This document shows, in pieces, positions 51,401 to 64,000 of a stretch of 64,000 nucleotides of DNA (position 1 is its first letter; each line of letters begins with the position of its first letter). The position numbers and the translations under genes are program-made. The DNA comes from Utricularia gibba (taxonomy: Eukaryota; Plantae; Magnoliophyta), in contig NEEC01000092.1 of NCBI GenBank assembly GCA_002189035.1, positions 23,036 to 87,035 on the forward strand, given 5' to 3'. The notes beneath the pieces are model-generated. The model was not told where the DNA came from. It saw nothing but the letters and a program-made list of their open reading frames with translations, and searched no databases.

Positions 51401-54400
51401 GACATGCTTTTCCTTGAGAAACTTGTAGGCGCCTATTAAACCAACGTTAATAAATGCATCAATTTTTTTTGCCGAGCTACAAATGACTATGGGCCCGAGC
51501 TCGACTCGACCTCCTGCTCGATACCGTTGCCCACGAGAGTGCCTTATCAAATATAAAGCATGCGGTTGAGAAAACCATTTTGGGTGCTCATGATATCCTA
51601 ACTTCAATAACTGCATCACGATTTTCGTCGAGTAGGACCGATGTGGCAAAGGAGTCAGACAGAACCTTGGGTCCGAACGAAGTTCCCAACGACATCACCG
51701 CCAAAAACGACAAGCTTTTCCTTGAGAAACCATGTAGGCGCCTATTAAAACCAACGTTAATAAATGCATTTTTTTGCCGAGCTACAAATGACTATGGGCC
51801 CGAGCTCGACTCGACCTCCTGCTCGATACCGTTGCCCACGAGAGTGCCTTATCAAATATAAAGCATGCGGTTGAGAAAACCATTTTGGGTGCTCATGATA
51901 TCCTAACTTCAATAACTGCATCACGATTTTCGTCGAGTAGGACCCGATGTGGCAAAGGAGTCAGACAGAACCTTGGGTCCGAACGAAGTTCAACGACATC
52001 ACTCGCCCAAAAACGACAAGCTTTTCCTTGAGAAACCATTGAGGCGGCCTATTAAAACCAACCGTTAATAAATGCATCAAGTTTTTTTGCCGAGCTACAA
52101 ATGACTATGGGCCGAGCTCGACTCGACCTCCTGCTCGATACCGTTGCCCACGAGAGCGCCTTCAAATATAAAGCATGCGGTTGAGAAAACCATTTTGGGT
52201 GCTCATGATATCCTAACTTCAATAACTGCATCACGATTTCGTCGAGTAGGACCTGATGTGGCAAAGGAGTCAGACCGAACTTGGGTCTGAACGAAGTTCC
52301 AACGACATCACCCGCCGAAAAACGACAAGCTTTTCCTTGAGAAACCATGTAGGCAGCCTATTAAAACCAACGTTAGTAAATGCATCAGTTTTTTGCGGAG
52401 CTACAAATGAGTATGGGCCGAGCCCGACTCGACCTTTTGCCCGATACCGTGCCCCTAGAGCGCCTCAAATACAAAGCATGCGATTGAGAAAACCATTTTG
52501 GGTGCTCATGAATCCTAACTTCAATAACTGCATCACGATTTTTCGAGTAGGACCAGATTTGGCAAAGGAGACAGACCGAACCATGGGTCAGAACGAAGTT
52601 CACAACGACATCACTCGCCCAAAAACGACAAGCTTTTCCTTGAGAAAACCATTGAGGCGGCCTATTAAAACCAACGTTAATAAATGCATCAAGTTTTTTG
52701 CCGAGCTACAAATGACTATGGGCCCGAGCTCGACTCGACCTCCTGCTCGATACCGTTGCCCCACGAGAGTGCCTTATCAAATATAAAGCATGCGGTTGAG
52801 AAAACCATTTTGGGTGCTCATGATATCCTAACTTCAATAACTGCATCACGATTTTCGTCGAGTAGGACCCGATGTGGCAAAGGAGTCAGACAGAACCTTG
52901 GGTCCGAACGAAGTTCACAACGACATCACTCGCCAAAAACGACAAGCTTTTCCTTGAGAAACCATTGAGGCGGCCTATTAAAACCAACCGTTAATAAATG
53001 CATCAAGTTTTTTGCCGAGCTACAAATGACTATGGGCCCGAGCTCGACTCGACCTCCTGCTCGATACCGTTGCCCACGAGAGTGCCTTATCAAATATAAA
53101 GCATGCGGTTGAGAAAACCATTTTGGGTGCTCATGATATCCTAACTTCAATAACTGCATCACGATTTTCGTCGAGTAGGACCCGATGTGGCAAAGGAGTC
53201 AGACAGAACCTTGGGTCCGAACGAAGTTCCAACGACATCACCCCGCCCAAAAACGACAAGCTTTTCCTTGAGAAACCATTGTAGGCAGCCTATTAAAACC
53301 AACGTTAATAAATGCATCAATTTTTTTGCCGAGCTACAAATGACTATGGGCCCGAGCTCGACTCGACCTCCTGCTCGATACCGTTGCCCACGAGAGTGCC
53401 TTATCAAATATAAAGCATGCGGTTGAGAAAACCATTTTGGGTGCTCATGATATCCTAACTTCAATAACTGCATCACGATTTTCGTCGAGTAGGACCGATG
53501 TGGCAAAGGAGTCAGACAGAACCTTGGGTCCGAACGAAGTTCCCAACGACATCACCGCCCAAAACGACAAGCTTTTCCTTGAGAAACTATGTAGGCAGCC
53601 TAAAAACCAACGTTAATAAATGCATCAATTTTTTTGCCGAGCTACAAATGACTATGGGCCCGACTCGACTCGACCTCCTGCTCGATACCGTTGCCCCACG
53701 AGAGTGCCTTATCAAATATAAAGCATGCGGTTGAGAAAACCATTTTGGGTGCTCATGATATCCTAACTTCAATAACTGCATCACGATTTTCGTCGAGTAG
53801 GACCCGATGTGGCAAAGGAGTCAGACAGAACCTTGGGTCCGAACGAAGTTCACAACGACATCACTCGCCCAAAAACGACAAGCTTTTCCTTGAGAAACCC
53901 ATTGAGGCGGCCTATTAAAACCAACGTTAATAAATGCATCAAGTTTTTTGCCGAGCTACAAATGACTATGGGCCGAGCTCGACTCGACCTCCTGCTCGAT
54001 ACCGTTGCCCCGAGAGTGCCTTCAAATATAAAGCATGCGATTGAGAAAACCATTTTGGGTGCTCATGACATCCTAACTTCAATAAAGCATTACGATTTTC
54101 GTCGAGTAGGACCTGATGTGGCAAAGGAGTCTGACCGAACCTTGGGTCTGAACGAAGTTCCCAACGACATCACCCGCCGAAAAACGACAAGCTTTTCCTT
54201 GAGAAACCATGTAGGCAGCCTATTAAAACCAACGTTAGTAAATGCATCAAGTTTTTTGCGAGCTACAAATGAGTATGGGACCGAGCCCGACTCGACCTTT
54301 CCCGATACCGTCCCCACTAGAGCGCCTCCTCAAATACAAAGCATGCGATTGAGAAAACCATTTTGGGTGCTCATGAATCCTAACTTCAATAACTGCATCA

Positions 54401-57400
54401 CGATTTTCGTCGAGTAGGACCAGATTTGGCAAAGGAGACAGACCGAACCATGGGTCAGAACGAAGTTCACAACGACATCACTCGCCCAAAAACGACAAGC
54501 TTTTCCTTGAGAAACCATTGAGGCGGCCTATTAAAACCAACCGTTAATAAATGCATCAAGTTTTTTGCCGAGCTACAAATGACTATGGGCCGAGCTCGAC
54601 TCGACCTCTGCTCGATACCGTTGCCCCACTAGAGCGCCTCCTCAAATATAAAGCATGCGGTTGAAAAAACCATTTTGGGTGCTCATGACATCCTAACTTC
54701 AATAAATGCATCACGATTATCGTCGAGTAGGACCTGATGTGGCAAAGGAGTCTGACCGAACCTTGGGTCTGAACGAAGTTCCAACGACATCACCCGCCGA
54801 AAAACGACAAGCTTTTCCTTTAGAAACCATGTAGGCAGCCTATTAAAACCAACGTTAGTAAATGCATCACGTTTTTTGCGGAGCTACAAATGAGTATGGC
54901 CGAGCCCGACTCGACCTTTGCCCGATACCGTCCCCACTAGAGCGCCTCCTCAAATATAAAGCATGCGATTGAGAAAACCATTTTGGGTGCTCATGAAATC
55001 CTAACTTCAATAACTGCATCACGATTTTCGTCGAGTAGGACCAGATTGGCAAAGGAGTCAGACCGAACTGGGTCAGAACGAAGTTCACAACGACATCACT
55101 CGCCAAAAACGACAAGCTTTTCCTTGAGAAAACCATTGAGGCGGCCTATTAAAACCAACGTTAATGCATCAAGTTTTTTGCCGAGCTACAAATGACTATG
55201 GGCCCGAGCTCGACTCGACCTCCTGCTCGATACCGTTGCCCCACGAGAGTGCCTTATCAAATATAAAGCATGCGGTTGAGAAAACCATTTTGGGTGCTCA
55301 TGATATCCTAACTTCAATAACTGCATCACGATTTTTCGTCGAGTAGGACCGATGTGGCAAAGGAGTCAGACAGAACCTTGGGTCCGAACGAAGTTCACAA
55401 CGACATCACTCGCCCAAAAACGACAAGCTTTTCCTTGAGAAACCATTGAGGCGGCCTATTAAAACCAACCGTTAATAAATGCATCAAGTTTTTTGCCGAG
55501 CTACAAATGACTATGGGCCCGAGCTCGACTCGACCTCCTGCTCGATACCGTTGCCCCACGAGAGTGCCTTATCAAATATAAAGCATGCGGTTGAAAACCA
55601 TTTTGGGTGCTCATGATATCCTAACTTCAATAACTTCATCACGATTTTCGTCGAGTAGGACCCGATGTGGCAAAGGAGTCAGACAGAACCTTGGGTCGAA
55701 CGAAGTTCCCAACGACATCACCGCCCAAAAACGACAAGCTTTTCCTTGAGAAACTATGTAGGCAGCCTAAAAACCAACGTTAATAAATGCATCAATTTTT
55801 TTGCCGAGCTACAAATGACTATGGGCCCGAGCTCGACTCGACTCCTGCTCGATACCGTTGCCCACGAGAGTGCCTTATCAAATATAAAGCATGCGGTTGA
55901 GAAAACCATTTTGGGTGCTCATGATATCCTAACTTCAATAACTGCATCACGATTTTCGTCGAGTAGGACCCGATGTGGCAAAGGAGTCAGACAGAACCTT
56001 GGGTCCGAACGAAGTTCCCAACGACATCACCCGCCCAAAAACGACAAGCTTTCCCTTGAGAAACCATGTAGGCGCCTATTAAAACCAACGTTAATAAATG
56101 CATCAATTTTTTGCCGAGCTACAAATGACTATGGGCCCGAGCTCGACTCGACCTCCTGCTCGATACCGTTGCCCCACGAGAGTGCCTTATCAAATATAAA
56201 GCATGCGGTTGAGAAAACCATTTTGGGTGCTCATGATATCCTAACTTCAATAACTGCATCACGATTTTCGTCGAGTAGGACCCGATGTGGCAAAGGAGTC
56301 AGACAGAACCTTGGGTCCGAACGAAGTTCACAACGACATCACTCGCCAAAAACGACAAGCTTTTCCTTGAGAAACCCATTGAGGCGGCCTATTAAAACCA
56401 ACGTTAATAAATGCATCAAGTTTTTTGCCGAGCTACAAATGACTATGGGCCGAGCTCGACTCGACCTCCTGCTCGATACCGTTGCCCACGAGAGTGCCTT
56501 ATCAAATATAAAGAATGCGATTGAGAAAACCATTTTGGGTGCTCATGACATCCTAACTTCAATAAATGCATTACGATTTCGTCGAGTAGGACCGATGTGG
56601 CAAAGGAGTCTGACCGAACCTTGGGTCTGAACGAAGTTCCCAACGACATCACCCGCCGAAAAACGACAAGCTTTTCCTTGAGAAACCATGTAGGCAGCCT
56701 ATTAAAACCAACGTTAGTAAATGCATCACGTTTTTTGCCTACAAATGAGTATGGGCCGAGCCGACTCGACCTTTGCCCGATACCGTCCCCACTAGAGCGC
56801 CTCCTCAAATAAAGCATGCGATTGAGAAAACCATTTTGGGTGCTCATGAATCCTAACTTCAATAACTGCATCACGATTTTCGTCGAGTAGGACCAGATGG
56901 CAAAGGAGACAGACCGAACCATGGGTCAGAACGAAGTTCACAACGACATCACTCGCCCAAAAACGACAAGCTTTTCCTTGAGAAAACCATTGAGGCGGCC
57001 TATTAAAACCAACCGTTAATAAATGCATCAAGTTTTTTGCCGAGCTACAAATGACTATGGGCCCGAGCTCGACTCGACCTCCTGCTCGATACCGTTGCCC
57101 CACGAGAGCGCCTTATCAAATATAAAGCATGCGGTTGAGAAAACCATTTTGGGTGCTCATGATATCCTAACTTCAATAACTGCATCACGATTTCGTCGAG
57201 TAGGACCCGATGTGGCAAAGGAGTCAGACAGAACCTTGGGTCGAACGAAGTTCAACGACATCACCCGCCCAAAAACGACAAGCTTTTCCTTGAGAAACCA
57301 TGTAGGCGCCTATTAAAACCAACGTTAATAAATGCATCAATTTTTTGCCGAGCTACAAATGACTATGGGCCCGAGCTCGACTCGACCTCCTGCTCGATAC

Positions 57401-60400
57401 GTTGCCCCACGAGAGTGCCTTATCAAATATAAAGCATGCGGTTGAGAAAACCATTTTGGGTGCTCATGATATCCTAACTTCAATAACTGCATCACGATTT
57501 TCGTCGAGTAGGACCCGATGTGGCAAAGGAGTCAGACAGAACCTTGGGTCCGAACGAAGTTCCCAACGACATCACCGCCCAAAAACGACAAGCTTTTCCT
57601 TGAGAACCATGTAGGCAGCCTATAAAACCAACGTTAATAAATGCATCAATTTTTTTGCGAGCTACAAATGACTATGGGCCCGACTCGACTCGACCTCCTG
57701 CTCGATACCGTTGCCCCACGAGAGCGCCTTCAATATAAAGCATGCGGTTGAGAAAACCATTTTGGGTGCTCATGAATCCTAACTTCAATAACTGCATCAC
57801 GATTTTCGTCGAGTAGGACCGATGTGGCAAAGGAGTCAGACCGAACCTTGGGTCTGAACGAAGTTCCAACGACATCACCGCCAAAAACGACAAGCTTTTC
57901 CTTGAGAAACCATGAGGCAGCCTATTAAAACCCCGTTAATAAATGCATCAAGTTTTTTGCCGAGCTACAAATGACTATGGGCCCGAGCTCGACTCGACCT
58001 CCTGCTCGATACCGTTGCCCCACTAGAGCGCCTTCAAAATAAAAGCATGCGGTTGAAAAAACCATTTTGGGTGCTCATGACATCCTAACTTCAATAATGC
58101 ATTACGATTATCGTCGAGTAGGACCTGATGTGGCAAAGGAGTCTGACCGAACCTTGGGTCTGAACGAAGTTCCAACGACATCACCCGCCGAAAAACGACA
58201 AGCTTTTCCTTGAGAAACCATGTAGGCAGCCTATTAAAACCAACGTTAGTAAATGCATCACGTTTTTTGCGGAGCTACAAATGAGTATGGGACCGAGCCC
58301 GACTCGACCTTTTGCCCGATACCGTGCCCCACTAGAGCGCCTCCTCAAATACAAAGCATGCGATTGAGAAAACCATTTTGGGTGCTCATGAAATCCTAAC
58401 TTCAATAACTGCATCACGATTTTCGTCGAGTAGGACCAGATTTGGCAAAGGAGACAGACCGAACCATGGGTCAGAACGAAGTTCACAACGACATCACTCG
58501 CCCAAAAACGACAAGCTTTTCCTTGAGAAAACCATTGAGGCGGCCTATTAAAACCAACCGTTAATAAATGCATCAAGTTTTTTGCCGAGCTACAAATGAC
58601 TATGGGCCGAGCTCGACTCGACCTCCTGCTCGATACCGTTGCCCACGAGAGTGCCTTATCAAATATAAAGCATGCGGTTGAGAAAACCATTTTGGGTGCT
58701 CATGATATCCTAACTTCAATAACTGCATCACGATTTTCGTCGAGTAGGACCCGATGTGGCAAAGGAGTCAGACAGAACCTTGGGTCCGAACGAAGTTCAC
58801 AACGACATCACTCGCCCAAAAACGACAAGCTTTTCCTTGAGAAACCATTGAGGCGGCCTATTAAAACCAACCGTTAATAAATGCATCAAGTTTTTTGCCG
58901 AGCTACAAATGACTATGGCCCGAGCTCGACTCGACCTCCTGCTCGATACCGTTGCCCCACGAGAGTGCCTTATCAAATATAAAGCATGCGGTTGAGAAAA
59001 CCATTTTGGGTGCTCATGATATCCTAACTTCAATAACTGCATCACGATTTTCGTCGAGTAGGACCCGATGTGGCAAAGGAGTCAGACAAACCTTGGGTCC
59101 GAACGAAGTTCCAACGACATCACCGCCCAAAAACGACAAGCTTTTCCTTGAGAAACCATGTAGGCAGCCTATAAAACCAACGTTAATAAATGCATCAATT
59201 TTTTTTGCCGAGCTACAAATGACTATGGGCCCGAGCTCGACTCGACCTCCTGCTCGATACCGTTGCCCCACGAGAGTGCCTTATCAAATATAAAGCATGC
59301 GGTTGAGAAAACCATTTTGGGTGCTCATGATATCCTAACTTCAATAACTTCATCACGATTTTCGTCGAGTAGGACCGATGTGGCAAAGGAGTCAGACAGA
59401 ACCTTGGGTCCGAACGAAGTTCCAACGACATCACCCGCCAAAAACGACAAGCTTTTCCTTGAGAAACTATGTAGGCAGCCTATTAAAACCAACGTTAATA
59501 AATGCATCAATTTTTTTGCCGAGCTACAAATGACTATGGGCCCGAGCTCGACTCGACCTCCTGCTCGATACCGTTGCCCCACGAGAGTGCCTTATCAAAT
59601 ATAAAGCATGCGGTTGAGAAAACATTTTGGGTGCTCATGATATCCTAACTTCAATAACTGCATCACGATTTTCGTCGAGTAGGACCCGATGTGGCAAAGG
59701 AGTCAGACAGAACCTTGGGTCCGAACGAAGTTCACAACGACATCACCGCCCAAAAACGACAAGCTTTTCCTTGAGAAACCCATTGAGGCGGCCTATTAAA
59801 ACCAACGTTAATAAATGCATCAAGTTTTTTGCCGAGCTACAAATGACTATGGGCGAGCTCGACTCGACCTCCTGCTCGATACCGTTGCCCCACGAGAGTG
59901 CCTTATCAAATATAAAGAATGCGATTGAGAAAACCATTTTGGGTGCTCATGACATCCTAACTTCAATAACTGCATCGATTTCGTCGAGTAGGACCTGATG
60001 TGGCAAAGGAGTCTGACCGAACCTTGGGTCTGAACGAAGTTCCCAACGACATCACCCGCCGAAAAACGACAAGCTTTTCCTTGAGAAACCATGTAGGCAG
60101 CCTATTAAAACCAACGTTAGTAAATGCATCACGTTTTTTGCGAGCTACAAATGAGTATGGGACCGAGCCCGACTCGACCTTTTGCCGATACCGTCCCCAC
60201 TAGAGCGCCTCCTCAAATACAAAGCATGCGATTGAGAAAACCATTTTGGGTGCTCATGAAATCCTAACTTCAATAACTGCATCACGATTTTCGTCGAGTA
60301 GGACCAGATTTGGCAAAGGAGACAGACGAAACCATGGGTCAGAACGAAGTTCACAACGACATCACTCGCCCAAAAACGACAAGCTTTTCCTTGAGAAACC

Positions 60401-63400
60401 ATTGAGGCGGCCTATTAAAACCAACCGTTAATAAATGCATCAAGTTTTTTGCCGAGCTACAAATGACTATGGGCCCGAGCTCGACTCGACCTCCTGCTCG
60501 ATACCGTTGCCCCACGAGAGTGCCTTATCAAATATAAAGCATGCGGTTGAGAAAACCATTTTGGGTGCTCATGATATCCTAACTTCAATAACTGCATCAC
60601 GATTTTCGTCGAGTAGGACCCGATGTGGCAAAGGAGTCAGACAGAACCTTGGGTCCGAACGAAGTTCACAACGACATCACTCGCCCAAAAACGACAAGCT
60701 TTTCCTTGAGAAAACCATTGAGGCGGCCTATTAAAACCAACGTTAATAAATGCATCAAGTTTTTTGCCGAGCTACAAATGACTATGGGCCCGAGCTCGAC
60801 TCGACCTCCTGCTCGATACCGTTGCCCCACGAGAGTGCCTTATCAAATATAAAGCATGCGGTTGAGAAAACCATTTTGGGTGCTCATGATATCCTAACTT
60901 CAATAACTGCATCACGATTTTCGTCGAGTAGGACCCGATGTGGCAAAGGAGTCAGACAGAACCTTGGGTCCGAACGAAGTTCACGACATCACCCGCCCAA
61001 AAACGACAAGCTTTTCCTTGAGAAACCATGTAGGCAGCCTATAAAACCAACGTTAATAAATGCATCAATTTTTTTGCCGAGCTACAAATGACTATGGGCC
61101 CGAGCTCGACTCGACCTCCTGCTCGATACCGTTGCCCCACGAGAGTGCCTTATCAAATATAAAGCATGCGGTTGAGAAAACCATTTTGGGTGCTCATGAT
61201 ATCCTAACTTCAATAACTGCATCACGATTTTCGTCGAGTAGGACCCGATGTGGCAAAGGAGTCAGACAGAACCTTGGGTCCGAACGAAGTTCCCAACGAC
61301 ATCACCGCCCAAAAACGACATGCTTTTCCTTGAGAACTATGTAGGCAGCCTAATAAAGCCGAACGTTAATAAATGCATCAATTTTTTTGCCGAGCTACAA
61401 ATGACTATGGCCCGACCTCGACTCGACCTCCTGCTCGATACCGTTGCCCACGAGAGTGCCTTATCAAATATAAAGCATGCGGTTGAGAAAACCATTTTGG
61501 TGCTCATGATATCCTAACTTCAATAACTGCATCACGATTTTCGTCGAGTAGGACCCGATGTGGCAAAGGAGTCAGACAGAACCTTGGGTCCGAACGAAGT
61601 TCACAACGACATCACCGCCCAAAAACGACAAGCTTTTCCTTGAGAAACCCATTGAGGCGGCCTATTAAAACAACGTTAATAAATGCATCAAGTTTTTTGC
61701 CGAGCTACAAATGACTATGGGCCGAGCTCGACTCGACCTCCTGCTCGATACCGTTGCCCACGAGAGTGCCTTATCAAATATAAAGAATGCGATTGAGAAA
61801 ACCATTTTGGGTGCTCATGACATCCTAACTTCAATAAATGCATTACGATTATCGTCGAGTAGGACCTGATGTGGCAAAGGAGTCTGACCGAACCTTGGGT
61901 CTGAACGAAGTTCCCAACGACATCACCCGCCGAAAAACGACAAGCTTTTCCTTGAGAAACCATGTAGGCAGCCTATTAAAACCCAACGTTAGTAAATGCA
62001 TCACGTTTTTTGCGAGCTACAAATGAGTATGGGACCGAGCCCGACTCGACCTTTTGCCCGATACCGTCCCCCACTAGAGCGCCTCCTCAAATACAAAGCA
62101 TGCGATTGAGAAAACATTTTGGGTGCTCATGAAATCCTAACTTCAATAACTGCATCACGATTTTCGTCGAGTAGGACCAGATTTGGCAAAGGAGACAGAC
62201 CGAACCATGGGTCAGAACGAAGTTCACAACGACATCACTCGCCCAAAAACGACAAGCTTTTCCTTGAGAAAACCATTGAGGCGCCTATTAAAACCAACCG
62301 TTAATAAATGCATCAAGTTTTTTGCCGAGCTACAAATGACTATGGCCGAGCTCGACTCGACCTCCTGCTCGATACCGTTGCCCCACTAGAGCGCCTTCAA
62401 ATATAAAGCATGCGGTTGAAAAAACCATTTTGGGTGCTCATGACATCCTAACTTCAATAAATGCATTACGATTATCGTCGAGTAGGACCCGATGTGGCAA
62501 AGGAGTCTGACCGAACCTTGGGTCTGAACGAAGTTCCCAACGACATCACCCGCCGAAAAACGACAAGCTTTTCCTTTAGAAACCATGTAGGCAGCCTATT
62601 AAAACCAACGTTAGTAAATGCATCACGTTTTTTGCGAGCTACAAATGAGTATGGGCCGAGCCGACTCGACCTTTTGCCGATACCGTGCCCCACGAGCCCT
62701 CCTCAAATACAAAGCATGCGATTGAGAAAACCATTTTGGGTGCTCATGAAATCCTAACTTCAATAACTGCATCACGATTTTCGTCGAGTAGGACCAGATT
62801 GGCAAAGGAGACAGACGAACCATGGGTCAGAACGAAGTTCACAACGACATCACTCGCCAAAAACGACAAGCTTTTCCTTGAGAAAACCATTGAGGCGGCC
62901 TATTAAAACCAACGTTAATAATGCATCAAGTTTTTTGCCGAGCTACAAATGACTATGGCCCGAGCTCGACTCGACCTCCTGCTCGATACCGTTGCCCCGA
63001 GAGTGCCTTATCAAATATAAAGCATGCGGTTGAGAAAACCATTTTGGGTGCTCATGATATCCTAACTTCAATAACTGCATCACGATTTTCGTCGAGTAGG
63101 ACCCGATGTGGCAAAGGAGTCAGACAACCTTGGGTCCGAACGAAGTTCACAACGACATCACCGCCCAAAAACGACAAGCTTTTCCTTGAGAAACCATGAG
63201 GCGGCCTATTAAAAAACCGTTAATAAATGCATCAAGTTTTTTGCCGAGCTACAAATGACTATGGGCCCGAGCTCGACTCGACCTCCTGCTCGATACCGTT
63301 GCCCCACGAGAGTGCCTTATCAAATATAAAGCATGCGGTTGAGAAAACCATTTTGGGTGCTCATGATATCCTAACTTCAATAACTGCATCACGATTTTCG

Positions 63401-64000
63401 TCGAGTAGGACCCGATGTGGCAAAGGAGTCAGACAACCTTGGGTCCGAACGAAGTTCACAACGACATCACTCGCCCAAAAACGACAAGCTTTTCCTTGAG
63501 AAACCATTGAGGCGGCCTATTAAAACCAACCGTTAATAAATGCATCAAGTTTTTTTGCCGAGCTACAAATGACTATGGGCCGAGCTCGACTCGACTCCTG
63601 CTCGATACCGTTGCCCACGAGAGTGCCTTATCAAATATAAAGCATGCGGTTGAGAAAACCATTTTGGGTGCTCATGATATCCTAACTTCAATAACTGCAT
63701 CACGATTTTCGTCGAGTAGGACCCGATGTGGCAAAGGAGTCAGACAGAACCTTGGGTCTGAACGAAGTTCACAACGACATCACCCGCCAAAAACGACAAG
63801 CTTTTCCTTGAGAAACCATTGAGGCGGCTATTAAAACCAACCGTTAATAAATGCATCAAGTTTTTTGCCGAGCTACAAATGACTATGGGCGAGCTCGACT
63901 CGACCTCCTGCTCGATACCGTTGCCCCAGAGTGCCTTATCAAATATAAAGATGCGATTGAGAAAACCATTTGGGTGCTCATGACATCCTAACTTCAATAA
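33492..64000 (+). repeat. Homogeneous HOR layer, mostly X-Y-Z-Z-Z (5-mer, ~1.55 kb) and X-Y-Z-W'-W'-Z (6-mer, ~1.87 kb)
   Basis: X-type monomers start at about 33492, 35062, 36609, 38166, 39721, 41587, 43459, 45012, 46884, 48742, 49373, 52170, 54033, 54653, 56513, 58045, 59917, 61785, 62408 and 63950. Spacings are mostly ~1550 or ~1865 bp, occasionally ~625 or ~2800 bp. No Q, R, S, T, U or M subtypes seen. Confidence 0.8.

Larger units (their letters stand above)
1..64000 (+). repeat. Tandem satellite DNA array, ~312-316-bp monomer, ~204 copies, single orientation
   Basis: The anchor g(c/a)atgcg(g/a)ttgagaaaaccattttgggtgctcatga recurs about every 310-317 bp from the first to the last line (e.g. 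starts at 49998, 50315, 50630). Hand-derived consensus, half A: ttgagaaaaccattttgggtgctcatgatatcctaacttcaataactgcatcacgattttcgtcgagtaggacccgatgtggcaaaggagtcagacagaaccttgggtccgaacgaagttcacaacgacatcactcgcccaaaaacgacaagcttttcc; half B: ttgagaaaaccattgaggcggcctattaaaaccaaccgttaataaatgcatcaagttttttgccgagctacaaatgactatgggcccgagctcgactcgacctcctgctcgataccgttgccccacgagagtgccttatcaaatataaagcatgcgg. Strand denotes repeat orientation only. Confidence 0.99.

Noticed and set aside
55665-56630. Longest ORF (321 aa) and all other ORFs in the track
   Set aside because: They are repeated translations of the monomer (e.g. HAVEKTILGAHDILTSITASRFSSSRTRCGK recurs every ~105 aa). Starts and stops shift with homopolymer indels, the same peptides appear in different frames, and I recognise no protein domain.
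1-64000. CRISPR array or other repeat-spacer system
   Set aside because: There are no unique spacers; the entire 315-bp unit is repeated, and no cas-like ORF is present.
1-64000. 5S rDNA, tRNA or snRNA tandem array (unit size resembles plant 5S units)
   Set aside because: No 5S coding sequence (e.g. GGATGCGATCATACCAGCAC, GATCCCATCAGAACTCC) and no tRNA cloverleaf or box A/B recognised on either strand.
1-64000. Assigning the repeat to a named satellite or species based on the ~158-bp subunit length
   Set aside because: Length alone is not diagnostic and I do not recognise the sequence; a database search is required.

Overview
The whole 64-kb window is one uninterrupted, head-to-tail satellite DNA array: about 204 copies of a ~312-316-bp monomer, all in one orientation, ~46% GC by hand count of the consensus. 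I found no genes, RNA genes, transposons, CRISPR arrays or unique sequence, and every ORF in the track is a translation of the repeat. I found no new gene-based system. The interest lies in the array architecture. (1) The monomer is a cryptic heterodimer of ~159-bp and ~157-bp halves. (2) The array is layered: a 2-monomer higher-order repeat (HOR) at ~1-4.9 kb; a scrambled stretch at ~4.9-9.5 kb that is probably a consensus artefact; a weakly differentiated stretch at ~9.5-11.8 kb; a diversified layer at ~11.8-33.5 kb with 5- to 11-monomer HORs and a strongly diverged monomer; and a homogeneous 5/6-monomer HOR layer from ~33.5 kb to the end. (3) Private SNPs are enriched for CG>TG/CA changes although the consensus is not CpG-depleted. 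A eukaryotic, plausibly plant (peri)centromeric satellite is an inference. I cannot name the family or host. Monomer labels (X, Y, Z, W, P, Q, R, S, T, U, V, M) are my own and come from manual reading, so boundaries are approximate.
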